A stretch of DNA of 64,000 nucleotides from an uncultured Verrucomicrobia subdivision 3 bacterium (GCA_903917705.1 CAIXBQ010000103.1:36889-100888), one strand, 5' to 3'; shown: positions 42,722 through 52,390, counted from the first letter of the stretch. Made by a program: numbers and translations. The notes: a model not told the origin generated them from the letters alone.

Positions 42722-43012
42722 ATGGCTGTGACAACTATTGAACAGTCTGTTCCCCTCGTCCGCCTGGACGAACTGCCGCCGCGCGTCTGCGCCGTGGTGC
42801 GCAGCGTGGCGACCGACGACGAGGACACGCAGCGCCTCAAGACGCTTGGCGTCTGCCTGGGCCGCCGCGTGGAGCTCGTCCGCGCGGGCGATCCCCTTAT
42901 TTTGAAAGTCTTCGGCTCGCGGCTCGGGATCTCCGCCGAGCTGGCCCGGCGCGTCCGGGTGGAAATCTGCCAGCCCGGCCACTGCGCCCTGCGCGAAAAC
43001 GACTGCGCATGA
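42722..43012 (+). CDS. feoA: FeoA-domain protein
   Basis: SH3-like FeoA pattern: VPLVRLDELPPRVCAVVRSV...LGVCLGRRVELVRAGDPLILKVFGSRLGI. 4-nt overlap with feoB. Confidence 0.85.
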   Translation: MAVTTIEQSVPLVRLDELPPRVCAVVRSVATDDEDTQRLKTLGVCLGRRVELVRAGDPLILKVFGSRLGISAELARRVRVEICQPGHCALRENDCA

Positions 43013-45039
43013 ACGGGTGTCATGAAACTCCGGCGGCGCCGGCCGGCGCCGCGCCGCATCATCACGCCTTCACCCTGGCGCTGGTCGGCAACCCGAACGC
43101 CGGCAAGACCACCCTGTTCAACGCGCTGACCGGCCTGCGCGCGAAGACCGCGAATTTCCCCGGCACCACCGTGGAGCGAAAAGTCGGCCGCCTGCACCTG
43201 GACCACCGGCAGATTGTGGTGGTGGACCTGCCGGGGCTGTACAGCCTGGACAGCAAATCCCCGGATGAGAAGCTGGCCGCCGACGCGCTGCAGGGGAAGC
43301 TGGAACACACCGCGCCCGACGCCGTGCTCGTGGTGGTGGACGCGACGAACTTGGAGCGAAACCTGTTCCTGGCGAGCCAGGTGCTGGAATTGAAATGTCC
43401 CGTGGTGGTGGCGCTGAACATGATGGACATGGCGCGGCGCGACGGCATCCGGATCGATGTGGCCAAACTGCGCGACGAACTCGGCTGCGTGGTGGTGCCC
43501 ATCGCCGCGCGCAACGGCGACGGCCTGGACGAGCTCAAGCAGGAGCTGAACCGCCTCGTCGCCGGCGCCATGCCGGAAGCGGTGGATCACGTGGACCCGA
43601 ACTGCGCCGGCTGCACAGGCTGCACGTTCCAGGCGCGCTACGAATGGACGGAGCAGATCTCCACGCGGGTCATGGATGCCGTCATCATCCAGCGCTCGGC
43701 GTGGACGGACCGGCTGGACGATATCTTCACGCATCCGGTCTTCGGCGTCATCGTGTTCAACCTGGTGATGATCGCGCTGTTCGGGCTGATCTTCTGGGCG
43801 GCAAAAATCCCGATGGAGCTGATCGACCACGGGTTCACGGGCATCGGCAAATGGGTCGGCGCGCACATGGCGCCGGGCGACTGGCAAAGCCTGCTGGTGG
43901 ACGGCGTCATCGGCGGCGTGGGCGGCATCCTGGTGTTCCTGCCGCAGATCTGCATCCTGTTTTTCGCGCTGTCGCTGCTGGAGGACACCGGCTACCTCTC
44001 CCGCGCCGCGTTTGTGATGGACAAGATCATGCGGAAGCTCGGCCTGCCGGGGAAGGCCTTCGTGCCGCTGCTCTCGGCGCACGCCTGCGCGATCCCCGCC
44101 ATCATGTCCGCGCGCGTCATCGAAAATCCGCGCGACCGGCTGCTGACGATCCTGATCACGCCGCTGATGACCTGCTCGGCGCGCATCCCGGTCTATGCCA
44201 TGGTCACGGCCCTGCTGTTCCCGCATTCGCCGCTGAAGGCGGCGCTCGTGTTCACCGCGGCCTACGGCGTGGGGGTGGCGGCGGCGCTGGGCGCGGCGCT
44301 CGTCTTCCGCCGCACCATCCTGCCGGGCGGCAGCAAGCCGCTGATGATCGAGCTGCCGCAATACCGCGTGCCCGGACTGCGGACGGCCCTGCTGCACACG
44401 TTCGACCGCGCGAAGATATTTGTGAAGCAGGCGGGGACGATCATCCTGGTGATCTCGCTGGTGCTGTGGGCCCTGGCGCATTATCCGAAATCCGCCGCGC
44501 CGGCGGCGGCGGCGAGCCTGACCGCGCAGGCCGCGCAGCTGGAAACGGCCGGCGACGCGAAGCAGGCGGCGAAACTCCAGGCAGAAGCCGGCCGGCTGAC
44601 CGCGCAGTCCTCGCTCCAGAATTCCTATGCCGGCAGGATCGGGCACTGGCTGGAGCCCGCCATCGCGCCGCTCGGCTACGACTGGCAGATCGGCATCGGC
44701 ATCGTAAGTTCGTTCGCGGCGCGCGAGGTGATCGTCTCGACGCTGGCGATCGTCTACGGCGTGGGCGACGACGGGAAGGGCGACGACCGCACCTCGCTTT
44801 ACGATTCGCTGCGGCGCGCCACCCGCACGGATGGCACGCCAATCTTCAACACCGCGACCTGCGCCAGCCTGCTGGTGTTTTACATCCTGGCGGCGCAATG
44901 CCTGTCCACCACGGCGGTGGTGCGGCGCGAGACCAACAGCTGGAAATGGGCGCTGTTCCAGATCGCCTACATGACGGGGCTGGCGTATGTGGCGGCGTTC
45001 CTGGTCTATCAGGGGCTGCGCCATTTCGGCCATCTGTAA
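43009..45039 (+). CDS. feoB: Ferrous iron transporter B
   Basis: G-domain LALVGNPNAGKTTLFNALTG, DLPGLYSL and a polytopic C-terminal gate domain. Confidence 0.93.
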   Translation: MNGCHETPAAPAGAAPHHHAFTLALVGNPNAGKTTLFNALTGLRAKTANFPGTTVERKVGRLHLDHRQIVVVDLPGLYSLDSKSPDEKLAADALQGKLEHTAPDAVLVVVDATNLERNLFLASQVLELKCPVVVALNMMDMARRDGIRIDVAKLRDELGCVVVPIAARNGDGLDELKQELNRLVAGAMPEAVDHVDPNCAGCTGCTFQARYEWTEQISTRVMDAVIIQRSAWTDRLDDIFTHPVFGVIVFNLVMIALFGLIFWAAKIPMELIDHGFTGIGKWVGAHMAPGDWQSLLVDGVIGGVGGILVFLPQICILFFALSLLEDTGYLSRAAFVMDKIMRKLGLPGKAFVPLLSAHACAIPAIMSARVIENPRDRLLTILITPLMTCSARIPVYAMVTALLFPHSPLKAALVFTAAYGVGVAAALGAALVFRRTILPGGSKPLMIELPQYRVPGLRTALLHTFDRAKIFVKQAGTIILVISLVLWALAHYPKSAAPAAAASLTAQAAQLETAGDAKQAAKLQAEAGRLTAQSSLQNSYAGRIGHWLEPAIAPLGYDWQIGIGIVSSFAAREVIVSTLAIVYGVGDDGKGDDRTSLYDSLRRATRTDGTPIFNTATCASLLVFYILAAQCLSTTAVVRRETNSWKWALFQIAYMTGLAYVAAFLVYQGLRHFGHL

Positions 45040-45049
45040 GACCATCATC

Positions 45050-45077
45050 GTTGAAGGTTGCAAGTTGAAGGTTGCAG
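45050..45077. repeat. 14-bp word duplicated in tandem (GTTGAAGGTTGCAA / GTTGAAGGTTGCAG)
   Basis: Read directly, 10 nt after the feoB stop. Confidence 0.9.
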
Positions 45078-45078
45078 G

Positions 45079-45119
45079 TTTAGCGGTTTGGTGGCTTTGC
45101 CTTCGGATATCCGATTCCC
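45079..45119. repeat. Solitary unit resembling the 41-bp array unit of 45-491
   Basis: TTTAGCGGTTTGGTGGCTTTGCCTTCGGATATCCGATTCCC has the TTTAGCGG..GGTGGC head, an internal palindrome CGGATATCCG (45103-45112) and a TTCC tail. Confidence 0.55.
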
Positions 45120-45164
45120 GGGAATTTGTTTCCGCCGCCGTACGCCAGTGTTTATCCTGAAGCC

Positions 45165-45842
45165 ATGAAACGCCTCCTCCGGTTGCTGCCCCTGGTCTGC
45201 CTGTCCGCCTGGTGCCTGTCCGCCGCGTCCGGCGCGGAGACCAACCACAATTTTGCCAGGTGGGAAAAGGAGATTGCCGCCTATGAGCGGGCGGACCAGA
45301 CCAATCCGCCGCCCAAGGGGGCGATCGTGTTCACCGGCTCTTCGACCATCGCCCGCTGGAAGACCCTGGCCCAGGATTTTCCGTCGGCGCCGGTGATCAA
45401 CCGGGGGTTCGGCGGTTCGGAGATCGTGGATGCCACCCATTTTGCGGATCGGATTGTTTTTCCGCCGGCGCCGCGGATGGTGTGCCTGCGCGCGGGCGGC
45501 AACGATTTGTGGGCGGGCAAATCACCGGCCCGGGTCGCGGCTGATTTCACGGAATTCGCGGAGCGCGTCCACGCGCGGCTGCCGGAGACGGAGATCGTGT
45601 TCATATCATTAAGCCCCAGCGGGTCGCGCTGGCGGCAGCATGAGCAGGAAAAAGCCGTGAACACGCTGGTCCGCGAATATATCCAGGGCAAGGACCACTT
45701 GAAATATATCGAAACCTACGACCTGCCGCTGGACGCCGCCGGCAAGCCGCGACCGGAATTGTTCGTGGCGGACCAGCTGCATTTTAACGCCGCCGGCTAC
45801 CGGTTGCTGGCGGCGCGGGTGCGTCCGTATCTGCCCCATTGA
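45165..45842 (+). CDS. Secreted SGNH/GDSL-family hydrolase (esterase)
   Basis: Start taken at MKRLLRLLPLVCLSAWCLSAASG. Block I is FTGSSTI, block III is GGNDL and block V is DQLHFN. Confidence 0.75.
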   Translation: MKRLLRLLPLVCLSAWCLSAASGAETNHNFARWEKEIAAYERADQTNPPPKGAIVFTGSSTIARWKTLAQDFPSAPVINRGFGGSEIVDATHFADRIVFPPAPRMVCLRAGGNDLWAGKSPARVAADFTEFAERVHARLPETEIVFISLSPSGSRWRQHEQEKAVNTLVREYIQGKDHLKYIETYDLPLDAAGKPRPELFVADQLHFNAAGYRLLAARVRPYLPH

Positions 45843-46308
45843 TTGCCGGCGCGCAGGCCGGTTGACCCAGACGGTGGCGGGGCCAATCTGAAAGCGACCG
45901 GTTTTTCCAGACGGACATTTTTAACCGGCCTGGGAAAAAATCAACAGGGCGGTTCCGCTTTCGCCGGTCAAACCCCGTCCATTTCCAAGCAAATCGGCCC
46001 AGGGCGCGGCTGGCATCGCGCTTGCTTGGCTGGCGGAGGTTGAATTTGGGTGGGGAACCGGGCTGCCGGCGGATATTTTGCGGGGACTGAAATCCGGCCG
46101 GCAGCACGGACAAGCCCAAGGAGGAACACGGCGCACGCGCCGGGTTGTTTGGCCGGTAATCCGGCCGCGCCTGATGGAGGAGGCGGCGGCAACTGCGGCC
46201 GAATGGATCCGGCGCGTGCGGGCGGGTTTCGGTTACTAATATGCCGCTATTGGTTTATCTCAATCTTCTCGTCGTGACACTGCGCAAGGCGTGGTTTAAT
46301 TTTCGCGG

Positions 46309-47160
46309 ATGCAACAAACGACTTTGACGCTGGGCCACTCGCCCGACCCCGATGATGCGTTCATGTTTTACGCGCTGGCGAAGGATCTCATTCCCACGCA
46401 CGGCTTCCGGTTCCAGCACATTTTGCAGGATATCCAGACGCTGAACGAACGCGCCACGCGCGGCGAACTCGACATCACCGCAGTCAGCATCCACGCCTAC
46501 GCCCATGTCTCCGGCCAATACGCGCTGCTCCCGAGCGGCGCCAGCATGGGCGACGGCTACGGCCCGATGCTGGTGGCCAGACAGAAGTTTTCCCGCGAGG
46601 AAATTGCTAAGAAAAAAATCGCGGTGCCCGGCACCATGACCAGCGCGTTTCTGGCGCTGCAGCTCTGGCTGGGCAAGCCGGCGAAGGAATTCAATTTTGT
46701 GGTGGTGCCGTTCGACCAGATTTTTGCCGCCGTGAAAAATGGCGCGGCGGAAATCGGCCTCATCATCCACGAAGGGCAGCTGACCTATCAAAACGAAGGG
46801 CTCGTCGTGTGCGAAGACCTGGGCGTCTGGTGGGGGAAACAAAACGACGGGCTGCCGCTGCCGCTCGGCGGGAACGTCATTCACAAAAAATTTGAGATCG
46901 CCACGCGCCGGCGGATCTCCGACACGCTGACCGCGAGCATCCAGTTCAGCCTGGACCACCGCCCGGAAGCCGTGCAGCATGCGCTGCAATACGCCCGCGA
47001 CATGGGGCGCGACCTCGCGGACAAGTTCGTGGGGATGTACGTCAACCACTGGACGCTCGATTACGGCGACAAGGGCCGCGAGAGCATCCGCCGTTTTCTC
47101 GGCCAGGCGTTTGAGCGCGGGCTGATCCCGCACCGGCAGGAACTGGAGTTTGTCGTTTAG
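46309..47160 (+). CDS. mqnD: MqnA/MqnD-family protein, likely 1,4-dihydroxy-6-naphthoate synthase (futalosine pathway)
   Basis: LGHSPDPDDAFMFYAL, GLIIHEGQLTY and DLGVWWGKQNDGLPLPLG follow the MqnD pattern as I recall it. Confidence 0.65.
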   Translation: MQQTTLTLGHSPDPDDAFMFYALAKDLIPTHGFRFQHILQDIQTLNERATRGELDITAVSIHAYAHVSGQYALLPSGASMGDGYGPMLVARQKFSREEIAKKKIAVPGTMTSAFLALQLWLGKPAKEFNFVVVPFDQIFAAVKNGAAEIGLIIHEGQLTYQNEGLVVCEDLGVWWGKQNDGLPLPLGGNVIHKKFEIATRRRISDTLTASIQFSLDHRPEAVQHALQYARDMGRDLADKFVGMYVNHWTLDYGDKGRESIRRFLGQAFERGLIPHRQELEFVV

Positions 47161-48080
47161 AAATCCAGCTTTTCACCCTTGGGCTTCAAGCTGAAGAGGT
47201 AGGCGGCCAGGTCGCTCATTTCGGCGTCATTGATGATGGGATCCCACTTGGGCATGAAATGCGGCGGTTCGGGGCCGTTTGGATTCATGCGCGGAATGAC
47301 GCGCTCGCCGCGCTTGACGAAGGCAATCAGCTCGGCCTGGTTGTAGCCGTCGGCCACATAGACCAGGCTGGGAACCTGCTCCGCGGTCTTGGCGTTGGGG
47401 TTGGTCACGCCGCCTTTGCCGTCCTCGCCGTGACATTGAAAACAGCCGTATTTTTTGAAAACCGCATGGCCGCGTTCCGCCGGCGTCATTTTGGCCAGGT
47501 CGGCGGCGGAAGGCGAATTGCCGCTGATGGCGGCGCGGGCGGCCTTCATGTCGGCTTCGGAAACGGGACTGCCCTGGTTGCCCCAGGCGGCGCGGATGTA
47601 AGTCAGCACGGCGGCCAGATCGGCGTCGGACAACCCCGCGCCCATCGGCGCCATCGAAAGGTTCCATTCGTGACCCGCCACTTGAATCGGCCCGTTGAGG
47701 CCGGCGAGCGGCACCCGGGCTAGGGAATTGACATCCCGGGTGACCCATTCGGAAGCCGCGAGCGGCGGAGCCTGGCCGGGTTTGCCGAGGCCATCGCCGC
47801 CGTGGCAGATGCCGCAGACGCTGTCATACACCGACTTGCCCCGCGCGGCCAGCGCGGCCGCGCCGGATTTAGGCTGATAAAACGCCAGGGTTTCGGCGGA
47901 GGAATAGGGCGCAAAAACCTGCCGGTCAAACCAGCCGCTGTGCCGGTCGAAGTACACCGCGCCAAGAAACACCAGCGCGAGGGTGAGGACGACCAGCCAA
48001 ACCGGAACCGGCGCGCTGGCGGCGGTCGGCTCGCCGTCGGGTGGACGACAGCAATTCGGCTCGTCATTCATGGCGGGCAA
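47157..48080 (-). CDS. Membrane-anchored dihaem c-type cytochrome
   Basis: N-terminal TM helix VPVWLVVLTLALVFLGAVYF and two CxxCH motifs (CGICH, CFQCH). Confidence 0.85.
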   Translation of the reverse strand: MPAMNDEPNCCRPPDGEPTAASAPVPVWLVVLTLALVFLGAVYFDRHSGWFDRQVFAPYSSAETLAFYQPKSGAAALAARGKSVYDSVCGICHGGDGLGKPGQAPPLAASEWVTRDVNSLARVPLAGLNGPIQVAGHEWNLSMAPMGAGLSDADLAAVLTYIRAAWGNQGSPVSEADMKAARAAISGNSPSAADLAKMTPAERGHAVFKKYGCFQCHGEDGKGGVTNPNAKTAEQVPSLVYVADGYNQAELIAFVKRGERVIPRMNPNGPEPPHFMPKWDPIINDAEMSDLAAYLFSLKPKGEKLDF

Positions 48081-48125
48081 GGCGGCAACAGCCGGAACGG
48101 AAAAATCCCGGCGGACATCCGCTGA

Positions 48126-48611
48126 TCATTTGGCGTCGTATTGATCGCGGACTTTTTTGATGGCGGCTTCAGCGGTGGCCTTGTCTTCGGCGCTGGCTTT
48201 GGCGAGCTTCTCGTCGAGCTTCGTTTTTTTGCGGACGCTCGAGTCATAGACGAGGAACTCGTAAATCTTCTTGCCGTCGGAGCTGGAGATGCCGGAGCCG
48301 GGTTTGTGCATCATCCGCTTGACGTAGCGCGACCATTCGTCGGGCAGGACGTAATCGGAGTTGATGGGGCGGCTCAGCTTGTGGCATTGCGTGCATTTCT
48401 GGCTGAACAGCTCGTAATTATCCTTCAGCGCTTCCGGATACTTGGAGATGTCAATCGTGGCGGGGCCTTTTTCAAACGCATCAAGGCGCGCCTTGGTGGC
48501 GGCGTCAACCGGGTCTTCGGCGCGAGCCGCCCCCGCCCCGGTCAGGGCGAGGGCGGTCGCGGCGAACAACAAGGCACGGACGGAAACAGAGAGGTTCATT
48601 TTCATGATCAC
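48126..48611 (-). CDS. Periplasmic monohaem c-type cytochrome
   Basis: Signal peptide ending ..LTGAGAARA and CTQCH at nt 48381-48395. Confidence 0.75.
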   Translation of the reverse strand: MIMKMNLSVSVRALLFAATALALTGAGAARAEDPVDAATKARLDAFEKGPATIDISKYPEALKDNYELFSQKCTQCHKLSRPINSDYVLPDEWSRYVKRMMHKPGSGISSSDGKKIYEFLVYDSSVRKKTKLDEKLAKASAEDKATAEAAIKKVRDQYDAK

Positions 48612-48633
48612 TTAATGACGGTTTAAATTTGTT

Positions 48634-49947
48634 TTAGAATCCGTAGGAGAGCTGGAATATCAGCTGGTTGGCCGGCACATTCAAATCGTTGCTGTGCAGC
48701 CATTCGTAATCGCCCTCAAACAACAGCGTGTTGGTGAGGTAATAGACATAGCCAAAAGTGTAGCGCCGGGTGCTGGTGCCCTGGCCGTTGCTTTCCTTGT
48801 CATAGCGGCCGATCAACTCGACGTCGCTGATGACCGGCAGGTCGAGGTTGAGTCCGGCCAGCTTGTAACCGGCCTGCGCCCAGACGGCCCACGGATGAAC
48901 CGTGCCCGCGTCGGTGGTGCCAAACCAGGAATTGATGAATTCACCCTTGAGTTCAAAGCTCGGCCCGATGTGCAGCGAGGCATCCAGCACGCCGGCGGAC
49001 CAGTAATGATCGCCCGCGTCATCCCAGACGCCGCTCTGGCCGGAGATGCCGATTTCCAGGTCTTTGTGCGCCCCGCCCCACGGAATGAACCAGCCGATGC
49101 GCCCGCCGCCGCTGGGCGCGGAATGGAGGTTGCCGGTGGATCCGTCGGACAGCAGCCCCACGTTGCCGCCCAGGTCCAGGCTGCCGGCCAGGGCCGTGTT
49201 ATCAATGGAACTGGGGCCGTTCGCGCCATAGACGGAATAGGTGATCATCTGGCCGGAATCGCCGATCGCAAACGCGCCGCGCAGTTGCGCGCCGGCGCCG
49301 GCCCCCGGCAAAAATTCGCGGCCGAGCGGATCATCGGGAATCTTGTTCAACATGCCGGCTGCGCGCTCGCTGTAAGTGCCCAGGGGAAGCAGCATGTAGC
49401 CGCCGACGAACGTCATATAGTCGTTCATCACGTAATCCAATTGCGCGAAGCTGATGCCCACCGAGGTGGAACTGCTGTTTTCATGGCCGGAAACCGAGCC
49501 ATTATTCAGCATCATGTCAAAACCGGCCTCGAACAAAACATTGTCATTCGCCCGGTAGAGGAAAATCGGCGCGAAATCCGCCAGCAGGAAACCGTTGCGG
49601 TGCGGGTTGCCGTTGGGGTCCGTGGCGCCGCCGAACGTCTTGGCGTATTGAACCTCGGCATCGCCGACCATGGTGAAATTATGCAGCGCATTGCGGATGG
49701 TCGAGGAAGACTGCGCCTGCACGGCGGCGTCGGTCTTCTGGACCTGGGTCTGCGTGTCGCCGAGCTGCTGCTGCAGCTTTTGAATCTGCTGCTGGTCCTG
49801 GTCGTGGGCCTGCTGCAACTGCTGAACCACATTCTTCAGCGCGTTAAAATCCTCGTCGCTGACGGCGGCGGAGGAGCGTGGGGAGGCGGACAGGCCCAGC
49901 ACGCAGGTGGCGGCGGTCGTTCCGAGGAAGCGGGAATTGATTTTCAT
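48634..49947 (-). CDS. Outer-membrane porin with N-terminal coiled-coil (OprO/P-like architecture)
   Basis: Signal peptide, Q-rich coiled coil ALKNVVQQLQQAHDQDQQQIQKLQQQLGDTQTQVQ, beta-strand-rich body and a C-terminal FQLSYGF. No CxxCH motif. Confidence 0.75.
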   Translation of the reverse strand: MKINSRFLGTTAATCVLGLSASPRSSAAVSDEDFNALKNVVQQLQQAHDQDQQQIQKLQQQLGDTQTQVQKTDAAVQAQSSSTIRNALHNFTMVGDAEVQYAKTFGGATDPNGNPHRNGFLLADFAPIFLYRANDNVLFEAGFDMMLNNGSVSGHENSSSTSVGISFAQLDYVMNDYMTFVGGYMLLPLGTYSERAAGMLNKIPDDPLGREFLPGAGAGAQLRGAFAIGDSGQMITYSVYGANGPSSIDNTALAGSLDLGGNVGLLSDGSTGNLHSAPSGGGRIGWFIPWGGAHKDLEIGISGQSGVWDDAGDHYWSAGVLDASLHIGPSFELKGEFINSWFGTTDAGTVHPWAVWAQAGYKLAGLNLDLPVISDVELIGRYDKESNGQGTSTRRYTFGYVYYLTNTLLFEGDYEWLHSNDLNVPANQLIFQLSYGF

Positions 49948-49988
49948 TTATGGCAGGATAAAGGTTGGTTGATTGGTGGAACGGGGGC

Positions 49989-50318
49989 TTAGCCGCCGGC
50001 TTCTTCCTTCAGATATTTCAAAATCTCCTTCGCCTGCTTCGCGGGCAAATTGGCGCGCACCCGCATGTGGGTGATCAGCGTCTGCCACTGGGCGGAATTA
50101 AACTCCGTGGGATACCGCTCCTGATGGCAGCGGTTGCAATTGATCGCGTAAAGCTCGGAACCGGTCAGTTTCTTTTTAGCCGGCCCGGTCTTTTTGGCCG
50201 CGGCCGCGGGTTCGGCGGCCAGCAGGGTGGCGGCGAGCCCGCCGAGGAGGGCGGCCGCGAGGATGAGCCGGCCGGCCGGGCGGATGACGATATTGGAGAA
50301 GCACCGGATGGTTTTCAT
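49989..50318 (-). CDS. Small secreted monohaem c-type cytochrome
   Basis: Signal peptide and CNRCH at nt 50124-50138. Shares a CxxCH...W....HM pattern with the 161-aa cytochrome. Confidence 0.75.
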   Translation of the reverse strand: MKTIRCFSNIVIRPAGRLILAAALLGGLAATLLAAEPAAAAKKTGPAKKKLTGSELYAINCNRCHQERYPTEFNSAQWQTLITHMRVRANLPAKQAKEILKYLKEEAGG

Positions 50319-50635
50319 TTTATTATAGTTTTCTTAACTAGAAGTTATAATGGTGCAGGTTGGCAGAAAGGCCAAACATATTTTGCTAAATTAATGTACA
50401 AATATTGCTAATCCCGTCCGGGCGGCCGGGCCGGGGGCGGCTGCAAGATTGGGATTGCCACGGGCGCATTCTCCGGTATTATCACCGGCTCGCTGCGACT
50501 GGCGACAGTGGCGGCGGATAACGGCCTTATGCCGGTGCCTTCGAGTGGAGGCGGGCGGGCCATAACAACACCAAACCATAATCCCGTGTTCCGCGGGATG
50601 CTTCGGGCAGCCGGAGTTTTAACCAAAGGAAAATT

Positions 50636-51409
50636 GTGAGCACTATCGGAGTAAAAGAACTGTTGGAAGCCGGCGTCCATTTTGGACATCAGACGAAACG
50701 TTGGAACCCCAAGATGAAGCCGTTCATCTTCGACGCGCGGAACGGCATTCACATCATCAATTTGAGCAAGACCGAGGAGCAGCTGCAGGCCGCTTTGAGC
50801 TATCTTGCCACCACCGTCCGCAAGGGCGGCCGGATCCTCTTTGTCGGCACCAAGAAGCAGGCCCAGATCTGCGTCAAGGAAACCGCCAAGGAAACCGGGC
50901 AGATGTTCGTCACCGAGCGCTGGCTCGGCGGCACCCTGACCAATTTCACCACCGTCAAGACCTCCATCAAGCGCCTCAAGGAGATTGAGAAGTGGGACAC
51001 CGACGGCACGCTCGCCGGTTACGGCAAGCAGGAACAGGCCAGCATCCGCCGCGAAGGCGCGCGGCTGTTCAAGTATTTCGACGGCCTCCGCGATCTCGAC
51101 AAGATGCCCGGCGCCCTCTTCGTGGTGGACGTCAAGCGCGAGCACAACGCCGTGGCCGAAGCCAAGAAGCTCGGCATCCCCGTCGTGGCGCTGGTGGACA
51201 CCAACAGCGATCCCGAGGACGCGACCTATCCGATCGCCGCCAACGACGACGCCATCCGCTCCGTCCGGCTGCTGCTCGGCGCCGTCTCCGGGGCCATCAC
51301 GCAGGCCCGCGCGGAATTCGAATCCAAGAAGGCCCGCCGCGTGAACGAGGAAGCCGCGCCCGCTCCGGCCCCCGCCGAAGCCCCGGCGCCCGCGCCCGCC
51401 GCCGCCTGA
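50636..51409 (+). CDS. rpsB: 30S ribosomal protein S2
   Basis: GTG start. LLEAGVHFGHQTKRWNPKM and the C-terminal Ala/Pro-rich tail. Confidence 0.95.
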   Translation: MSTIGVKELLEAGVHFGHQTKRWNPKMKPFIFDARNGIHIINLSKTEEQLQAALSYLATTVRKGGRILFVGTKKQAQICVKETAKETGQMFVTERWLGGTLTNFTTVKTSIKRLKEIEKWDTDGTLAGYGKQEQASIRREGARLFKYFDGLRDLDKMPGALFVVDVKREHNAVAEAKKLGIPVVALVDTNSDPEDATYPIAANDDAIRSVRLLLGAVSGAITQARAEFESKKARRVNEEAAPAPAPAEAPAPAPAAA

Positions 51410-51421
51410 TTGATTTAAACT

Positions 51422-51466
51422 GGCGGGCGGAAAACCACCCTTTCCGTCCGCCGCAACCTTTTGTTT
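51422..51466 (+). terminator. Possible weak terminator/attenuator between rpsB and tsf
   Basis: Imperfect stem GGCGGGCGGAAA / TTTCCGTCCGCC followed by GCAACCTTTTGTTT. Confidence 0.35.
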
Positions 51467-51489
51467 ACAACCTTTAATCCCTAACTGAT

Positions 51490-52335
51490 ATGGCTGAAAT
51501 CACCGCCGCCAATGTGGCCAAGCTCCGCGAGATGACGGGCGTTGGCATGATGGAATGCAAGAAGGCCCTCGTCGAAGCGCAGGGCAGCATCGAGACCGCC
51601 GTGGACCTGCTCCGCAAATCCGGCGCCGCGAGCGCCGCCAAGAAGGCCACCCGCGAGGCCCGCGAAGGCGTCATCGCCCAGTTCATCGCCGCCGGCGGCA
51701 AGTCCGGCGTCCTCGTCGAAGTCAACTGTGAGACCGACTTCGTCGCCCGCAACGAAGGCTTCCGCGCCTTTGCCGACGACATCGCCCGCAAAGTCGCCGC
51801 CGACGCCAGCGTCAATCTCGAAGCCGACCGCGAAGCCGCCGTGGGCAAGATGGGGGAAAACATCAAGATCACCCGCAACGCCCGCCTGGACGTCACCGGC
51901 AACGGCCTCGTGGCCGCCTACATCCACACCGGCGCCAAAGTCGGCGTGCTCGTGGAAGTCGGCGCCGGCAAGGCCGAGACCACCGGCCGGGACGAATTCA
52001 AGCAGCTCGTCAAGGACATCACCCTGCAGATTGCCGCCGGCCAGCCGCACGTGGTTTCCCGCGAAAACGTCGCGCCCGAGGTCATTGCCAAGGAGCGCGA
52101 GATTGCCGCCAACTCCGACCGGCTCAAGGGCAAGCCCGCCGCCGCCATGGAGAAGATTCTCGCCGGCGTGCTGGACAAGTTTTTCCAGACCTACTGCCTC
52201 GTGGACCAGGGCTTTGTGAAGCGCAACTCCGAAGTGAGCGTCAAGGAGCACGTCGCGCAGATCAGCAAGCAGCTGGGCGACGACGTGACCATCCGCCGGT
52301 TCGTGCGGTTCCAGGTGGGCGAAGCCACGGCGTGA
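51490..52335 (+). CDS. tsf: Translation elongation factor Ts
   Basis: MAEITAANVAKLREMTGVGMMECKKALVEA. Confidence 0.95.
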   Translation: MAEITAANVAKLREMTGVGMMECKKALVEAQGSIETAVDLLRKSGAASAAKKATREAREGVIAQFIAAGGKSGVLVEVNCETDFVARNEGFRAFADDIARKVAADASVNLEADREAAVGKMGENIKITRNARLDVTGNGLVAAYIHTGAKVGVLVEVGAGKAETTGRDEFKQLVKDITLQIAAGQPHVVSRENVAPEVIAKEREIAANSDRLKGKPAAAMEKILAGVLDKFFQTYCLVDQGFVKRNSEVSVKEHVAQISKQLGDDVTIRRFVRFQVGEATA

Positions 52336-52356
52336 GCCGCGGCGGACAACGATTAC

Positions 52357-52390
52357 AAGGCGTCCGGCAACGGACGCCTTTTTTGTTTTT
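52357..52390 (+). terminator. Rho-independent terminator of rpsB-tsf
   Basis: Perfect 10-bp stem AAGGCGTCCG-GCAA-CGGACGCCTT followed by TTTTGTTTTT. Confidence 0.88.

Noticed and set aside
42712-45063. 783-aa ORF antisense to feoB
   Set aside because: This is a typical high-GC antisense open frame: R/H/Q/D/G-rich, low complexity, no motifs. The plus strand encodes an unmistakable FeoB.
48694-49992. 432-aa ORF antisense to the porin gene
   Set aside because: It is a shadow ORF. The minus-strand product has a signal peptide, a coiled coil and a C-terminal aromatic OMP signature.
50319-50410. Perfect TATAAT (minus strand) just upstream of the 109-aa cytochrome start, as its promoter
   Set aside because: The hexamer ends only 3 nt before the ATG, so a transcript from it would start inside the signal-peptide codons. 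The -35 match is also poor. It was not called.
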